From contig CAWKDB010000010.1 in assembly GCA_963848295.1 (NCBI GenBank), forward strand, positions 2,624,001-2,688,000: a DNA stretch of 64,000 bases, given 5' to 3'. Numbering within the stretch: position 1 is the first letter of the stretch; each line of letters opens with the position of its first letter. Of the stretch, positions 1-10,600 are shown piece by piece. This stretch comes from an uncultured delta proteobacterium (lineage in GTDB: Bacteria; Myxococcota_A; Polyangia; Haliangiales; Haliangiaceae). The position numbers and the translations under genes were made by a program. A model generated the notes under the pieces. The model did no database searches, was not told the DNA's origin, and saw only the letters and a list, made by a program, of their open reading frames with translations.

Positions 1-295
1 GGTTGTGGTGCACGCCATCGAGCATCGGCTTGCCACGCGCGCCGCGCGCGAACCGCAACGCGGCGGGCGGCGCGCCGACGTAGCGAGCGAGCAGGCCACG
101 CGTCATCGCGTGCTGGACGATGTACGCGTCGCGCAGCTCGGCGGTCGCGAACCGGCGCGCCGCCGCCCGTTCGTCGTCGGACAGCGCTGCCGCGAGTGGC
201 CCCGGGTCCTGACGACATGCGAACCGCCAGACGTGGACGACGCCGGCGCGCAGAGGCCACGGCTCGGAGGCGTTCGCGAACAGCGTCGCGATCAC
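1..295 (-). CDS. Sfp-type 4'-phosphopantetheinyl transferase, 5' part (continues past the left edge; absent from the ORF track)
   Basis: Manual translation from GTG at 295 (GTGA overlap with the MFS stop): MIATLFANASEPWPLRAGVVHVWRFACRQDPGPLAAALSDDERAAARRF...RGLLARYVGAPPAALRFARGARGKPMLDGVHHN. The VHVW, LSxDE.xRAxRF and GKP...N pattern is typical of the Sfp N-terminal half. It lies next to an NRPS. Confidence 0.85.
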   Translation of the reverse strand, partial: MIATLFANASEPWPLRAGVVHVWRFACRQDPGPLAAALSDDERAAARRFATAELRDAYIVQHAMTRGLLARYVGAPPAALRFARGARGKPMLDGVHHN

Positions 296-1611
296 GCCGG
301 GATGTCTTCGACTTTGCGCACGTCTCGTACCGAGCTGGCGGCGATGAATCCGACGAACAGCACGACGCCCATCACGCTGAACAAGGCTCCCATCATCGAC
401 GTCACCGACGAGCCCCAGATCGCGCTCGCATCAGCGCGCTCGAATACCGCGGGCACGAGCCGATCGGTGAGGGGGCCGGCGAGCAGGAACGACACCGGGA
501 TCGTGATGTCGGCGACGAGCCGCATCGTCGAAAGCACGCGGCCCTGCAGGCGCTCGGGCACCTTCATCTGCCAGATCGTCATGATCGACGCGTTGCCGAT
601 CGTCATCATCACCGCGATCAAGATGTTGAGCCCGCCGAGCGTGTACGGATCGCGCGAGAACCCGTACGCGATGTAGATCAGGCCGAGGATGATCGCGGTC
701 CACAAGAACTGCTGGATGTTCGAGAACCGCTTGCTCAGCGCGCCGTAGACGAGGCCGCCGAGGATCATCCCGGCGCCGAACAGGCCGTTCGTGACGCCGT
801 ACGCGCGCTCCGACAGAAAGCTCAGCGCGTAGGGCGCCATCAACACCATGCCGATGCTGATGAAGAAGTTCGCGAACGTAGCGACGAGCAGGAACTTGAA
901 CAGCGGCTTGTGGTTGTAGATCCAGCGAATGCCGTACAGCGAGTCGCGGAGCAACGACGTGCTCGCTTGCGACTCCCCGGGCGAAGTCTCATCGGGAGCG
1001 GCGGGCTCGGGGTGTGGAATCACCATCGACGCCACCACGAACGTCGCTGCCAGGAACGTGACGAGCTCGCACGCGACCAGGCCGGGCAAGTGGATCAACG
1101 CGATCAACATGCCGCCGATCGGTGGCCCGGCGAGCATGCTGATCGCGCGTCCGGATTCGAGGAAGCCGTTGTAGCGCGGCAGATCCTCGTCGGTCGCCAT
1201 CAGCGGGATCGTCGCGGATAGCGCCGGCCACTGGAACGCATCGCCGATGCTCGCGAGCACCGCTCCCGCCACCACGAGCGGCATCGACAGCTCGCCGAGC
1301 GTCGCTCCCGCGAGCACGATCAGCGTCCCGACGAGCGAGACCGTCGCCGCCGCGATCATCACGCGCTTGCGCGACGACCGGTCGACGATGCTGCCGGCGA
1401 GCGGTGAGGCAATCATCCCCGGGACGGTGTTCGCGAGCAGGAGGGTCGAGAACGCCGAGACCGAGTGGGTGGTCTGATAGATCCACACCGAGATGCCGAA
1501 CCGCGACACTTCGGAGCCGAGCAGACAGCCAGTCTCGACCCCGATCAGCGTCCAGATCGAACGCACGGACGTCGGTCCGCGGTGCGCCCGCGCGCTAGCC
1601 TCGTCATCCAC
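292..1611 (-). CDS. MFS transporter (macrolide-efflux/DHA3-like), probable exporter for the NRPS product
   Basis: 439 aa with about 12 hydrophobic segments, MFS motif A-like GSIVDRSSRKRV, and WQMKVPERLQGRV in the C-terminal half. Confidence 0.88.
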   Translation of the reverse strand: MDDEASARAHRGPTSVRSIWTLIGVETGCLLGSEVSRFGISVWIYQTTHSVSAFSTLLLANTVPGMIASPLAGSIVDRSSRKRVMIAAATVSLVGTLIVLAGATLGELSMPLVVAGAVLASIGDAFQWPALSATIPLMATDEDLPRYNGFLESGRAISMLAGPPIGGMLIALIHLPGLVACELVTFLAATFVVASMVIPHPEPAAPDETSPGESQASTSLLRDSLYGIRWIYNHKPLFKFLLVATFANFFISIGMVLMAPYALSFLSERAYGVTNGLFGAGMILGGLVYGALSKRFSNIQQFLWTAIILGLIYIAYGFSRDPYTLGGLNILIAVMMTIGNASIMTIWQMKVPERLQGRVLSTMRLVADITIPVSFLLAGPLTDRLVPAVFERADASAIWGSSVTSMMGALFSVMGVVLFVGFIAASSVRDVRKVEDIPA

Positions 1612-1674
1612 CGGCGTCGATCATACCTGCTGGCGTGCCCCGGATCTGGGCCGTGGTGGTAACGTTGCTCTTCG

Positions 1675-4600
1675 ATGACGACGGCGGATGGGGAGCACCC
1701 TGACCGCATCGAGTTACCCTGCGATCGCTCACGCCCGGCCATCCGCAATGCCACCTGGCAACGGATCGCAGCACGCGTAGGGACGATCGCAGAGGGCCTC
1801 GCGGCGTTCGCCGTGTTTGTCGGCAAGATCGCGAACGCGCGAGACTTCGCGATCGGTCGGGTATCCGGAGCGATCGCGGTCCGGCTCGATCCCGAGGAGT
1901 CGCTGCAAGCGCTCGCGGCTCGGCTCGCGACCGCGCCGACGGTGACCGGGCTCGCACCGTCGACCGACCCGGCGCGCCATCCGCTGTTCGACGTCGGGTT
2001 CGGAGACGGTGATCCGCTCGGCGACTTGCACGTACGGATCACGAGCGACGGCTACGAGCTCTGGTACGACGCGCAGCTGTTCTCGACCGAACGCGCGAAG
2101 CGGCTCGCCGGTGCGCTCGCGCAGGTGTTGCGCGCTCCCGCCGATGCGATCGTCGGGCGAATCTCGCTGCTGTCGCCGGATGAAGCGGCGGAGCAGCTCG
2201 CCGAGCTGTCGACGCCGCGGTTCGGTTGGCCGAAGCACCTCGTGCTCCACGAGCTGTTCGAGGCTCGCGTCGATCAGTCGCCTTCGGCGACCGCGCTCGT
2301 GTTCGGCGACAAGCGCGTCACGTACGCCGAGCTCGACGAACGCGCGAATGCGGTGGCGCGCCGCTTGGTCGAGCACGGCGTCGGCGCGGATGCGATCGTC
2401 GCGCTCGTACTCGATCGCTCGCCCGAGATGATCGTGTCGCTGCTCGCGGTGCTCAAAGCCGGCGGCGCGTACTTGCCGATCGAGCCCGATGTCCCGGCCG
2501 AGCGCATTCGCTACTTGCTCGACGACTCCCGAGCGACGGCCGTGATCGCGAATCACGCGTATGCCGGGGCGATCGACCATCCGCACGTGCTCGTGATCGA
2601 GGCGATCCCCGAGCGCTCGACGACCCGCGTGATGCGGCGCTGCGGCCCGGACGACCTCGCGTACGTCATCTATACGAGTGGCTCGACCGGCCAGCCGAAG
2701 GGCGTGCTGATCGAGCACCGCAACGTCGTCCACCTCGTGCTCGCGGAGAAAGAGGACTTCGCGATCCGCGCGAGCGACGCGTTGATCTTGCTGTCGTCGT
2801 ATTCGTTCGACGCGTCGATCGATCAGATCTGGCTCGCGCTGACGAGCGGCGCGAAGCTCGTGCTCGTCGCCAAGTCGCTACTGCTCGATCCCGCGCAGCT
2901 CGCGCAGCTGATCGCGGCGGAGGGCGTGACTCACCTCGACACCGTGCCGGGGCTGCTCGCAGAGCTCCCTGCCGAGCTGCCGTCGCTACGCCAGATCGTC
3001 GTCGGTGGTGAGACCTGCCCGGTCGCGGTCGCCGCGGCCTGGAGCAAGACGACTCGATTCTGGAACGAGTACGGTCCGACCGAAACGACGGTTGGCTCGC
3101 TGCGCCATCTCGTCGATCGCAGAGACGCCGGCGGGCGCGTTCCGATCGGTCGACCGATCGGCATGACCCGGGTCTACATCCTCGATTGGGGCGGCTGCCA
3201 GGTGCCGATCGGCGTGCGCGGCGAGCTGTTCCTCGGTGGCGCCGGCGTCGCGCGCGGTTATCTGCATCGCGAGGCGCTGACCGACGAGCGCTTCGTCGCC
3301 GATCCGTTCGCAGGCACTCGCGCGCGGATGTATCGCACCGGCGATCTCGTCGCGTGGTTGCCCGATGGCGGCGTCGAGTTCTTCGGCCGCGTCGATAGTC
3401 AGGTCAAGTTGCGCGGGTTTCGCATCGAGCTCGGCGAGATCGAAGCGGCGCTGTTGCGCAATCCCGATGTCTCCGGCGCCGCCGCCAGCATCATCGGTTC
3501 GCCGAACGCTCGCCTGGTCTGCCATGTCGTCGCGAATCGGCCGATCGAGGCCGGCGAGCTGCGCACGTTCCTCGGTCGCTCGTTGCCGGCGTACATGGTG
3601 CCGGACGTGTTCGTCCAGCTCGACGCGTTCCCCCGCACCGTGTCGGGCAAGATCGATCGCCGCGCGTTGCCCGCGCCGACGTTCGCCGAGGCGAGCGTCG
3701 AGCCGCCGGCGAACCAGGTCGAGATCGAGCTATGCGCGATCTGGAGCCGGATCCTCGGGCTGCCGGTCGAGCAGATCGGCGTTACCCGCAGCTTCTTCGA
3801 GCTCGGCGGCCATTCGCTGCTCGTGATGCAGATGCTCTCGCGCATCCGCGATGCGCTCGGCGTCGCGCTCGCGGTCCAGACCGTGCTCGCACAACCGACG
3901 ATCCGCGCGATCGCCGGAGCCATCGCGACCGGTGACAGCGCCACCGCGCCGGTGCCGCGCGCGGCGAGCGGCGTCGCGTTGTCGGCGACATCGGTCCAGC
4001 GCCGGATGTACGTCATCCAGCAGGGCAACCCGCGCAGCACGTCGTACAACCTGCCGCTGCTCTACGAGGTCACCGGCGACATCTCGGAGGCCGCGATCGC
4101 CCGAGCGTGCGCGCAGCTGATCGAGCGCCACGAGTCGCTGCGCACGACGTTCTTCTTCCAGGAAGGCAAGATCCTTCAGAAGATCGCGCACGCCGCGAAG
4201 TTCGAGCTCGAGCGGTTCGAGCTCGGCCCGACCATCACGGTCGACGCTGCCGCCGCGGCGTTCGTCCGCCCGTTCCGGCTCGAGGCCCCGCCGCTGTTTC
4301 GCGCCGCGGTGATGGTCGCCAAGGGCCGCGTCGCCTACCTCGCGCTCGATATGCACCACATCATCTCCGACGGCACGTCGATCGACGTCTTGCTCGAGGA
4401 TCTGCTCGCGCTGATCGCGGACGAGCACGCGGTGTTGCCCGCGCCCCCGCTGCGCTACTTCGACTACTCGGCGTGGCTCGACAGCGATGCGGGCAAGCAA
4501 CGCATCGCGGCCGCGCGCACCTATTGGGCCGGCCAGCTCCGCGACGAGCTCCCGGTGCTCGAGCTGCCGTACGACTTCCGCCGACCGCTGTCGCGCCAGC

Positions 4601-7600
4601 AAGCCGCGGGCGAGATCACGTTCGAGCTACCCGCGGCCACGGTCGAGGCGATCGCGGGGTACGCGCGCAGCCGCGAGGCGACACCGTTCGCGTTTTACTC
4701 GGCGATCTACGCGGTGTTCCTGTCGTGCGTCAGCGGCAGCGCCGACGTCGTGTTCGGGTTCCCGACCGCCGGTCGTCCGCATCCCGACTTCGAACGCGTC
4801 GTCGGCATGTTCGTCAACTCGTTGCCGTTCCGCGCGCGGATCGCCGGTGACGAGACGTTCGACGAGCTGCTGCGTCGCTCGATGACACAGCTGCGCGAGT
4901 CACTGCGCAACGAGGACTATCCGTTCGAAGACATGGTCGGCGATCTGCGCTTGCCGCCGGCGCCGGGTCGCAACCCGATGTTCGACACGATGTTGTCGTA
5001 CGAGGGCCGGATGCCCGACGATTATCGCTCGGGCGATGCGGTGCTGCGCGAGCGCCGCCTCGATCAGCGCGTCGCGCGCATGGATCTCGTCGTCGTCATC
5101 CGCGAGCACGCGAGCGGCGGTTGCAGCATCCGGCTCGAGTACTCGGCGGATCTGTTCGCGCGCTCCACGGTCGAGCGGTTCGCGACCGACTTCTCGGGCC
5201 TCGTCGACCACGTGCTCGCCGGCTCGGTCGACACGCTCGCGCAGCTCCACACCGTCGGCGACGCCGAGCGCGACCGTCTGCTCCATACGTTCAACACGAC
5301 CGCGCACCAGCTGCCGGCGGTACGCGCGGTCCACGAGATCTTCGAGAGTCACGCGACGGAGCGGCCATCGGCGGTCGCGGTCGAGATGGGCGAGCTCCGG
5401 CTGACCTACGCCGAGGTCGAGCGCCGCGCGAATGCGCTCGCTCACAAGCTGCGCGCCAAAGGCATCGGCCGTGATCGCATCGTCGCGATCCAGCTCGAGC
5501 CGTGCCTCGAGATGCTCGTCGGCGTGCTCGGGGTGCTCAAAGCAGGCGGCGCGTTCTTGCCGATCGATCCGGACTATCCGACCGCGCGCAAGACCCACAT
5601 GGTGCGGGACTCGGGCACGCGCGTGCTCCTCACGAAGGGCGCGCTCAGCGCGGACCTCGTCGCCGAGTTCTCGCTCGACGTCATCGATCTCGGCGATGCC
5701 GCGACCTACGCCGGGCGCAACGATCGGCCGACGACGCGGGTCGAACGCGACGATCTCGCGTACGTCATCTATACGAGTGGCTCGACCGGCCAGCCGAAGG
5801 GCACGCTGATCGAGCACCGCGGGCTGCTCAACTTCGCCGCGTGGTACGCCGACTACTTCAAGATCGGGGTCGGCGATGGCGTGTCGAAGTATGCGGGCTT
5901 CGGCTTCGACGCCTCGATCTCAGAGATCGTGCCCTGCTTCATCTCGGGCGCGCGCCTCGTCGTCGTGCCGGCGGAGCTCCGGCTCGCGGTCGACGAGCTC
6001 GACGTCTACTTCGCCGACCACGGCGTCGCGATCGCATTCTTGCCGACGCAGTTCGGCGAGCAGTTCTTGCGCGTGGCGACCAGGCAGCGGCTGCGAGCGG
6101 CGTTCCTCGGCGGCGAAAAGCTCCGCAATCGGCCGACCGATCGCTGCGAGATCATCAACGGCTACGGCCCGACCGAGTACACCGTCGCGGCGACGGCGTT
6201 CCGCGTCGACAAGGGCTACGACAACATCCCGATCGGCAAGCCGCTGTGGAACACGCAGATCGTGATCCTCGATCGCCTCGGCCGGTTGTGCCCGATCGGC
6301 GTCGCGGGCGAGCTGTGCATCGCCGGCGCGAGCATGGCGCGCGGTTACCTGAACCGCCCCGACCTGACCGCCGAGAAGTTCGTCGACCATCCGTTCTCGT
6401 CAGGACGGCGGATGTATCGCACCGGCGACCTCGCGCGCTGGCTCGCCGACGGCAACATCGAGTTCCTCGGGCGGATCGACACGCAGGTCAAGGTCCGCGG
6501 CTTCCGCATCGAGCTCGGCGAGATCGAGCAGGCGTTGCTCGCGTTACCGGGCGTTGCCGGCGCGGTCGTGCTCGCGCGAGACAGCGTCCAGCCGAACGGG
6601 ACCAACGATGTTTCGCTCGTCGGCTTCGTCACCGGCGCCGCGCTCCCCACCGAGGACGAGCTCGCCGCCGCGCTCGCCCGCACGCTGCCGGCGTACATGA
6701 TCCCGACCCGGATCGTCGAGCTCGCCGAGATCCCGCTGACCGCGAACGGCAAGGTCGACAAGCGGATGCTGCCCGAGGTTGCGCTCGACCTCGTCGCGGT
6801 CGTCGGCCCGCGCACGCCGCTCGAGACCGAGCTGCGCGAGATCTACGCGAAGGTCCTCGGCCGACCCGACACATCGATCAGCGTCGTCGCGAGCTTCCTC
6901 GAGCTCGGCGGCCATTCGCTCAAGGCCGCGGTGTTGCTCTCGGCGATCTATCACGCGAAGGGCGTGCAGTTGCGGTTCGCGCAGTTCCTCGAGGGCTCGT
7001 CGATCGCCGCGATCGCCGCGCTGGTCGAGAGCCGCGGCGGCACCGCGGTCGCCGAGGACGTCCTGGCGTTCGCGCCCGCGCCTGATGGCCCATTGCCGCT
7101 GACGTCATCGCAGTTGCGGATCTTCGCCGTCCATCAACTGTCGACGTGGTCGACCGCCTACAACATCCCGTTCGCGTGGCAGCTCGCCGCGACGGTCGAT
7201 CTCGCGCGGCTCGCGCGCGCGCTCGAGCAGTTGGTCGCGCGCCATCACGCGCTGCGCGCCGAGTTCATCGTCGACGACGGCGTGCCGCTGCAACGGTTTC
7301 GCGCGGACGCGAAGCTCGAGGTCGCTCGCCTCACCGTCGAGGACGCGAGCCTGGGCGCGACGCTCGAGCACTTCGTCCGGCCGTTCGATCTCGCGGTCGC
7401 GCCGCTCGTGCGAGTGGCGTTGATCGAGACCGAAGCTCGCCGCGTGCTCGCGCTCGACATCCATCACATCGTCGCCGACGGCCTGTCAGTTCGGTTGCTG
7501 CTCGAGGATCTCGAGGCGCTGTACGCCGGCGAGTCGCCCGCGCTGCCGTCGCCGACGTTCGCGGATTACGCCGCGTGGGAAGCGAGCCCCGAGGGCCGCG

Positions 7601-10600
7601 CGCGCCGCGACGACGAGCGGAGCTGGTGGCTCGAGCGCTTCACCGAGCTGCCGAGCCCGCTCGAGCTGCCGAACGACTTCGATCGCCCGCCGCGGTTGGC
7701 GTTCGACGGCGACGAGGTCGCACTCGAGCTGTCGGCCGAGACCGCGATGCCGTTGGTTGCGCTCGCGAAGGCGCGCGGCATCACGCCGCTCGGCGTATTC
7801 CTCGGCGCGTATGCGGTCGTGCTGTCGCGGCTAGGCAACACGCCCGACGTCGTGATCGGGGTTCCCGCCGCCGGCCGCCACCGCCCGGGCATGGAGCGCA
7901 TGGTCGGGATGTTCGTCAACACCGTGCCGCTGCGCGTGCGGTTGCGCGCCGACGAGCCGTTCTCCGACTTGTGCGTGCGGATCGGCGCCGAGGCGAACGC
8001 GGCGTTCGAACGCCAGTGCTATCAGCTCAACGATCTCGTCGCCGACCTCGGGCTCGCCCGCGATCCGTCGCGCAATCCGCTGTTCGACGTGTTGTTCGCG
8101 TGGGAAGAGGCCGAGCTCGCCGAGATGCAGGGCTCGAGCCTCGGCCTCGTCGAGATCGCGCCGGCGCAAGCGTCGTGCAAGTTCGACCTCGAGCTCACGG
8201 TGCAGAACACCGAGCGCGGCCAGCGCATCGCGCTGCTCTACGCGAAGAAGCTGTTCCGCCGCACGACCGCGGAGCGCTTCCTCGGCAATCTGCGCCGCGT
8301 GCTCGAGACCGCCGCGCGCACGCCCGATGCGCCGGTGCGCGACCTGCGCATGCTCCAGCCGTGGGAGCGCGAGCTGCTGCTCGCCGACATGAACCAGACC
8401 GACGTCGCGGTCCCGCGCGAGGCGACGCTCGTCGATCTGTTCGCCCGCCACGTCCGCGAGCGACCCAAAGCGATCGCGGTCGAGGACGCGGAAGGCTCGT
8501 TCGACTTCGCCGAGCTCGATCGCCGCGCCTCGGTCCTCGCTCACGAGCTGATCGCGCGCGGCATCGGCGCCGACGATCTCGTCGCGCTGACGATGGAGAG
8601 ATCGCGCCACTTGCTCGTCGCGATCATCGGCGTGCTCAAGGCCGGTGCCGGTTACCTGCCGATCGATCCCGAGGCCCCGGCCGAGCGGGTCGCGCTGATC
8701 ATCGACGACAGCGGCGCGAAGCTGCTGGTCTCCGACGCCGGCGGCTTCGGCCTACGCGACGTCCTGCCGTGGAGTCAGCTCGAGTTCGCCAAGGCCAAGC
8801 TCCTGCCGATCCCGGCGCGCGCGCGACCCGAGACCACCGCGTACGTCATCTACACGAGCGGCTCGACCGGCAAGCCGAAGGGCGTGGTGATCGAGCACCG
8901 CAACGTCGTCAACTTCCTCGCTTCGTCCTGCGACGTGTTCGGCATCGACCCGGCGAGCGACGCGATCATGCTGTTCTCGTCGTTCACGTTCGACGCCTCG
9001 GTCGAGCAGCTCGGGCTCGCGCTCGTCGGTGGCGCGCGACTCGTCGTCGCGAAGAAAGACGTGTTGCTCGATCACGACGCGTTCGAGGCGTTCGTCGCCA
9101 AGCACGGCGTGACTCACCTCGACACCGTGCCGCTGTTCCTTTCCGGGCTTCACGCCGAAGCAGCCGATGGGACTCAAGCGGATCATCGTGGGTGGCGACA
9201 TCTGTCCCGTGCCCGTTGCTCAACGCTGGGCGCCCGGCCGTGCGTTCTACAACGAGTACGGCCCGACCGAGACGACGATCACCGCGCTCCGCCACGTCGT
9301 GACGCCCGACGACTTCGCGCTCGCGCGGATCCCGGTCGGCCGGCCGGTCGCGAACACGAAGATCTACATCCTCGATTGGACCGGCAACCTCGCGCCGCTC
9401 GGCGTGCCCGGCGAGATGTACATCGGCGGCGCCGGGGTCGCGCGCGGCTACCTCAACAACCCGCAGCTCACCGCCGAGAAGTTCATCGCGAGTCGCTTCG
9501 TGCCCGGCGATCGGCTGTATCGCACCGGCGACATCGCGCGGTGGACGCGCGACGGCAACATCGACTTCCTCGGCCGCGCCGATAATCAGGTCAAGATCCG
9601 CGGCTTCCGGATCGAGCTCGGCGAGATCGAAGCGGCGTTGTTGCGCCACCCCGCGGTCGCCGAGGCGGCGGTGATCGTGACCGCCAGGGGCGACAAGTCG
9701 GGCGACCGCCCGACGCGTAGCAACGCCGGAGGCGTTGCGGAGGTAGTCGACAAGCGGCTGTGTGGCTACGTGGTACTGCGCGCGACCGCGAGTCCCGCGG
9801 CACTGCGCAGCTTCCTCGCACGCACGCTGCCGTCGTACATGGTGCCCGAGGCCGTGGTGTGCATGGACGCACTGCCGGTCACCACGTCGGGCAAGATCGA
9901 TCGCAAGCGCTTGCCCGAACCGGTGTTCGAAGCGGTCGACGCCGACGACACGCCGCGCACGCTCGCCGAGGAGCGGCTGATCGAGATCTGGGCCGACGTG
10001 CTGAAGCTGCCGCGCCATCAGATCCCGCTCGAGCGCAGCTTCTTCGAGCTCGGCGGTCACTCGCTGTTGATCATGCTGCTGATCTCGAAGATCCAGCAGA
10101 CGTTCACCGTGCGGTTGTCCGCCGGTGACGTGTTCGAGCAGCCGACGGTGCGCGGGCTCGCCGGGGTGATCGAAGCGCACGACCGCGAAGCGATCGTCCC
10201 GATCCCGCGCGCCGGCGAGCGCGACCGCTACCCGTTGTCGTCGGTGCAGCGCCGGCTCTACGCGATCCATCAGACCAACCCCGAGAGCGTGCAATACAAC
10301 ATGCCGACGGTGTTCGCCGTCGAAGGCAAGGTCACGCCGGAGCGGCTCGAAGAGGTCGTGCGTGCGCTGGTCAGCCGGCACGCGAGCCTACGCACGAGCT
10401 TCCACGTCGAGGACGGTGAACCGGTCGCGCGGGTCCACGCGTCGGCGCCGCTGTCGCTGCAGATGATCGAGAGCGACGCCGAGCTCGACGAGCTCATGCA
10501 GCGGCTGATGCAGCCGTTCGACCTCGCGCAGGCGCCGCTCGCCCGGTTGTGGCTCGTGCGGCGCAGCAACGGCGACGAGCTCGTCGTCGTCGACATGCAC

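Noticed and set aside
6578..6589. GAGACAGCGTCC inside NRPS A2 matches the core of the RAYT repeat
   Set aside because: Only 12 bp, lacks the AT-rich tail, and is compatible with chance in GC-rich coding DNA
9167..9585. Two separate overlapping NRPS genes or programmed frameshifting
   Set aside because: The break lies inside an A-domain core, the tail of the first ORF is out-of-frame nonsense, and no canonical slippery heptamer is present
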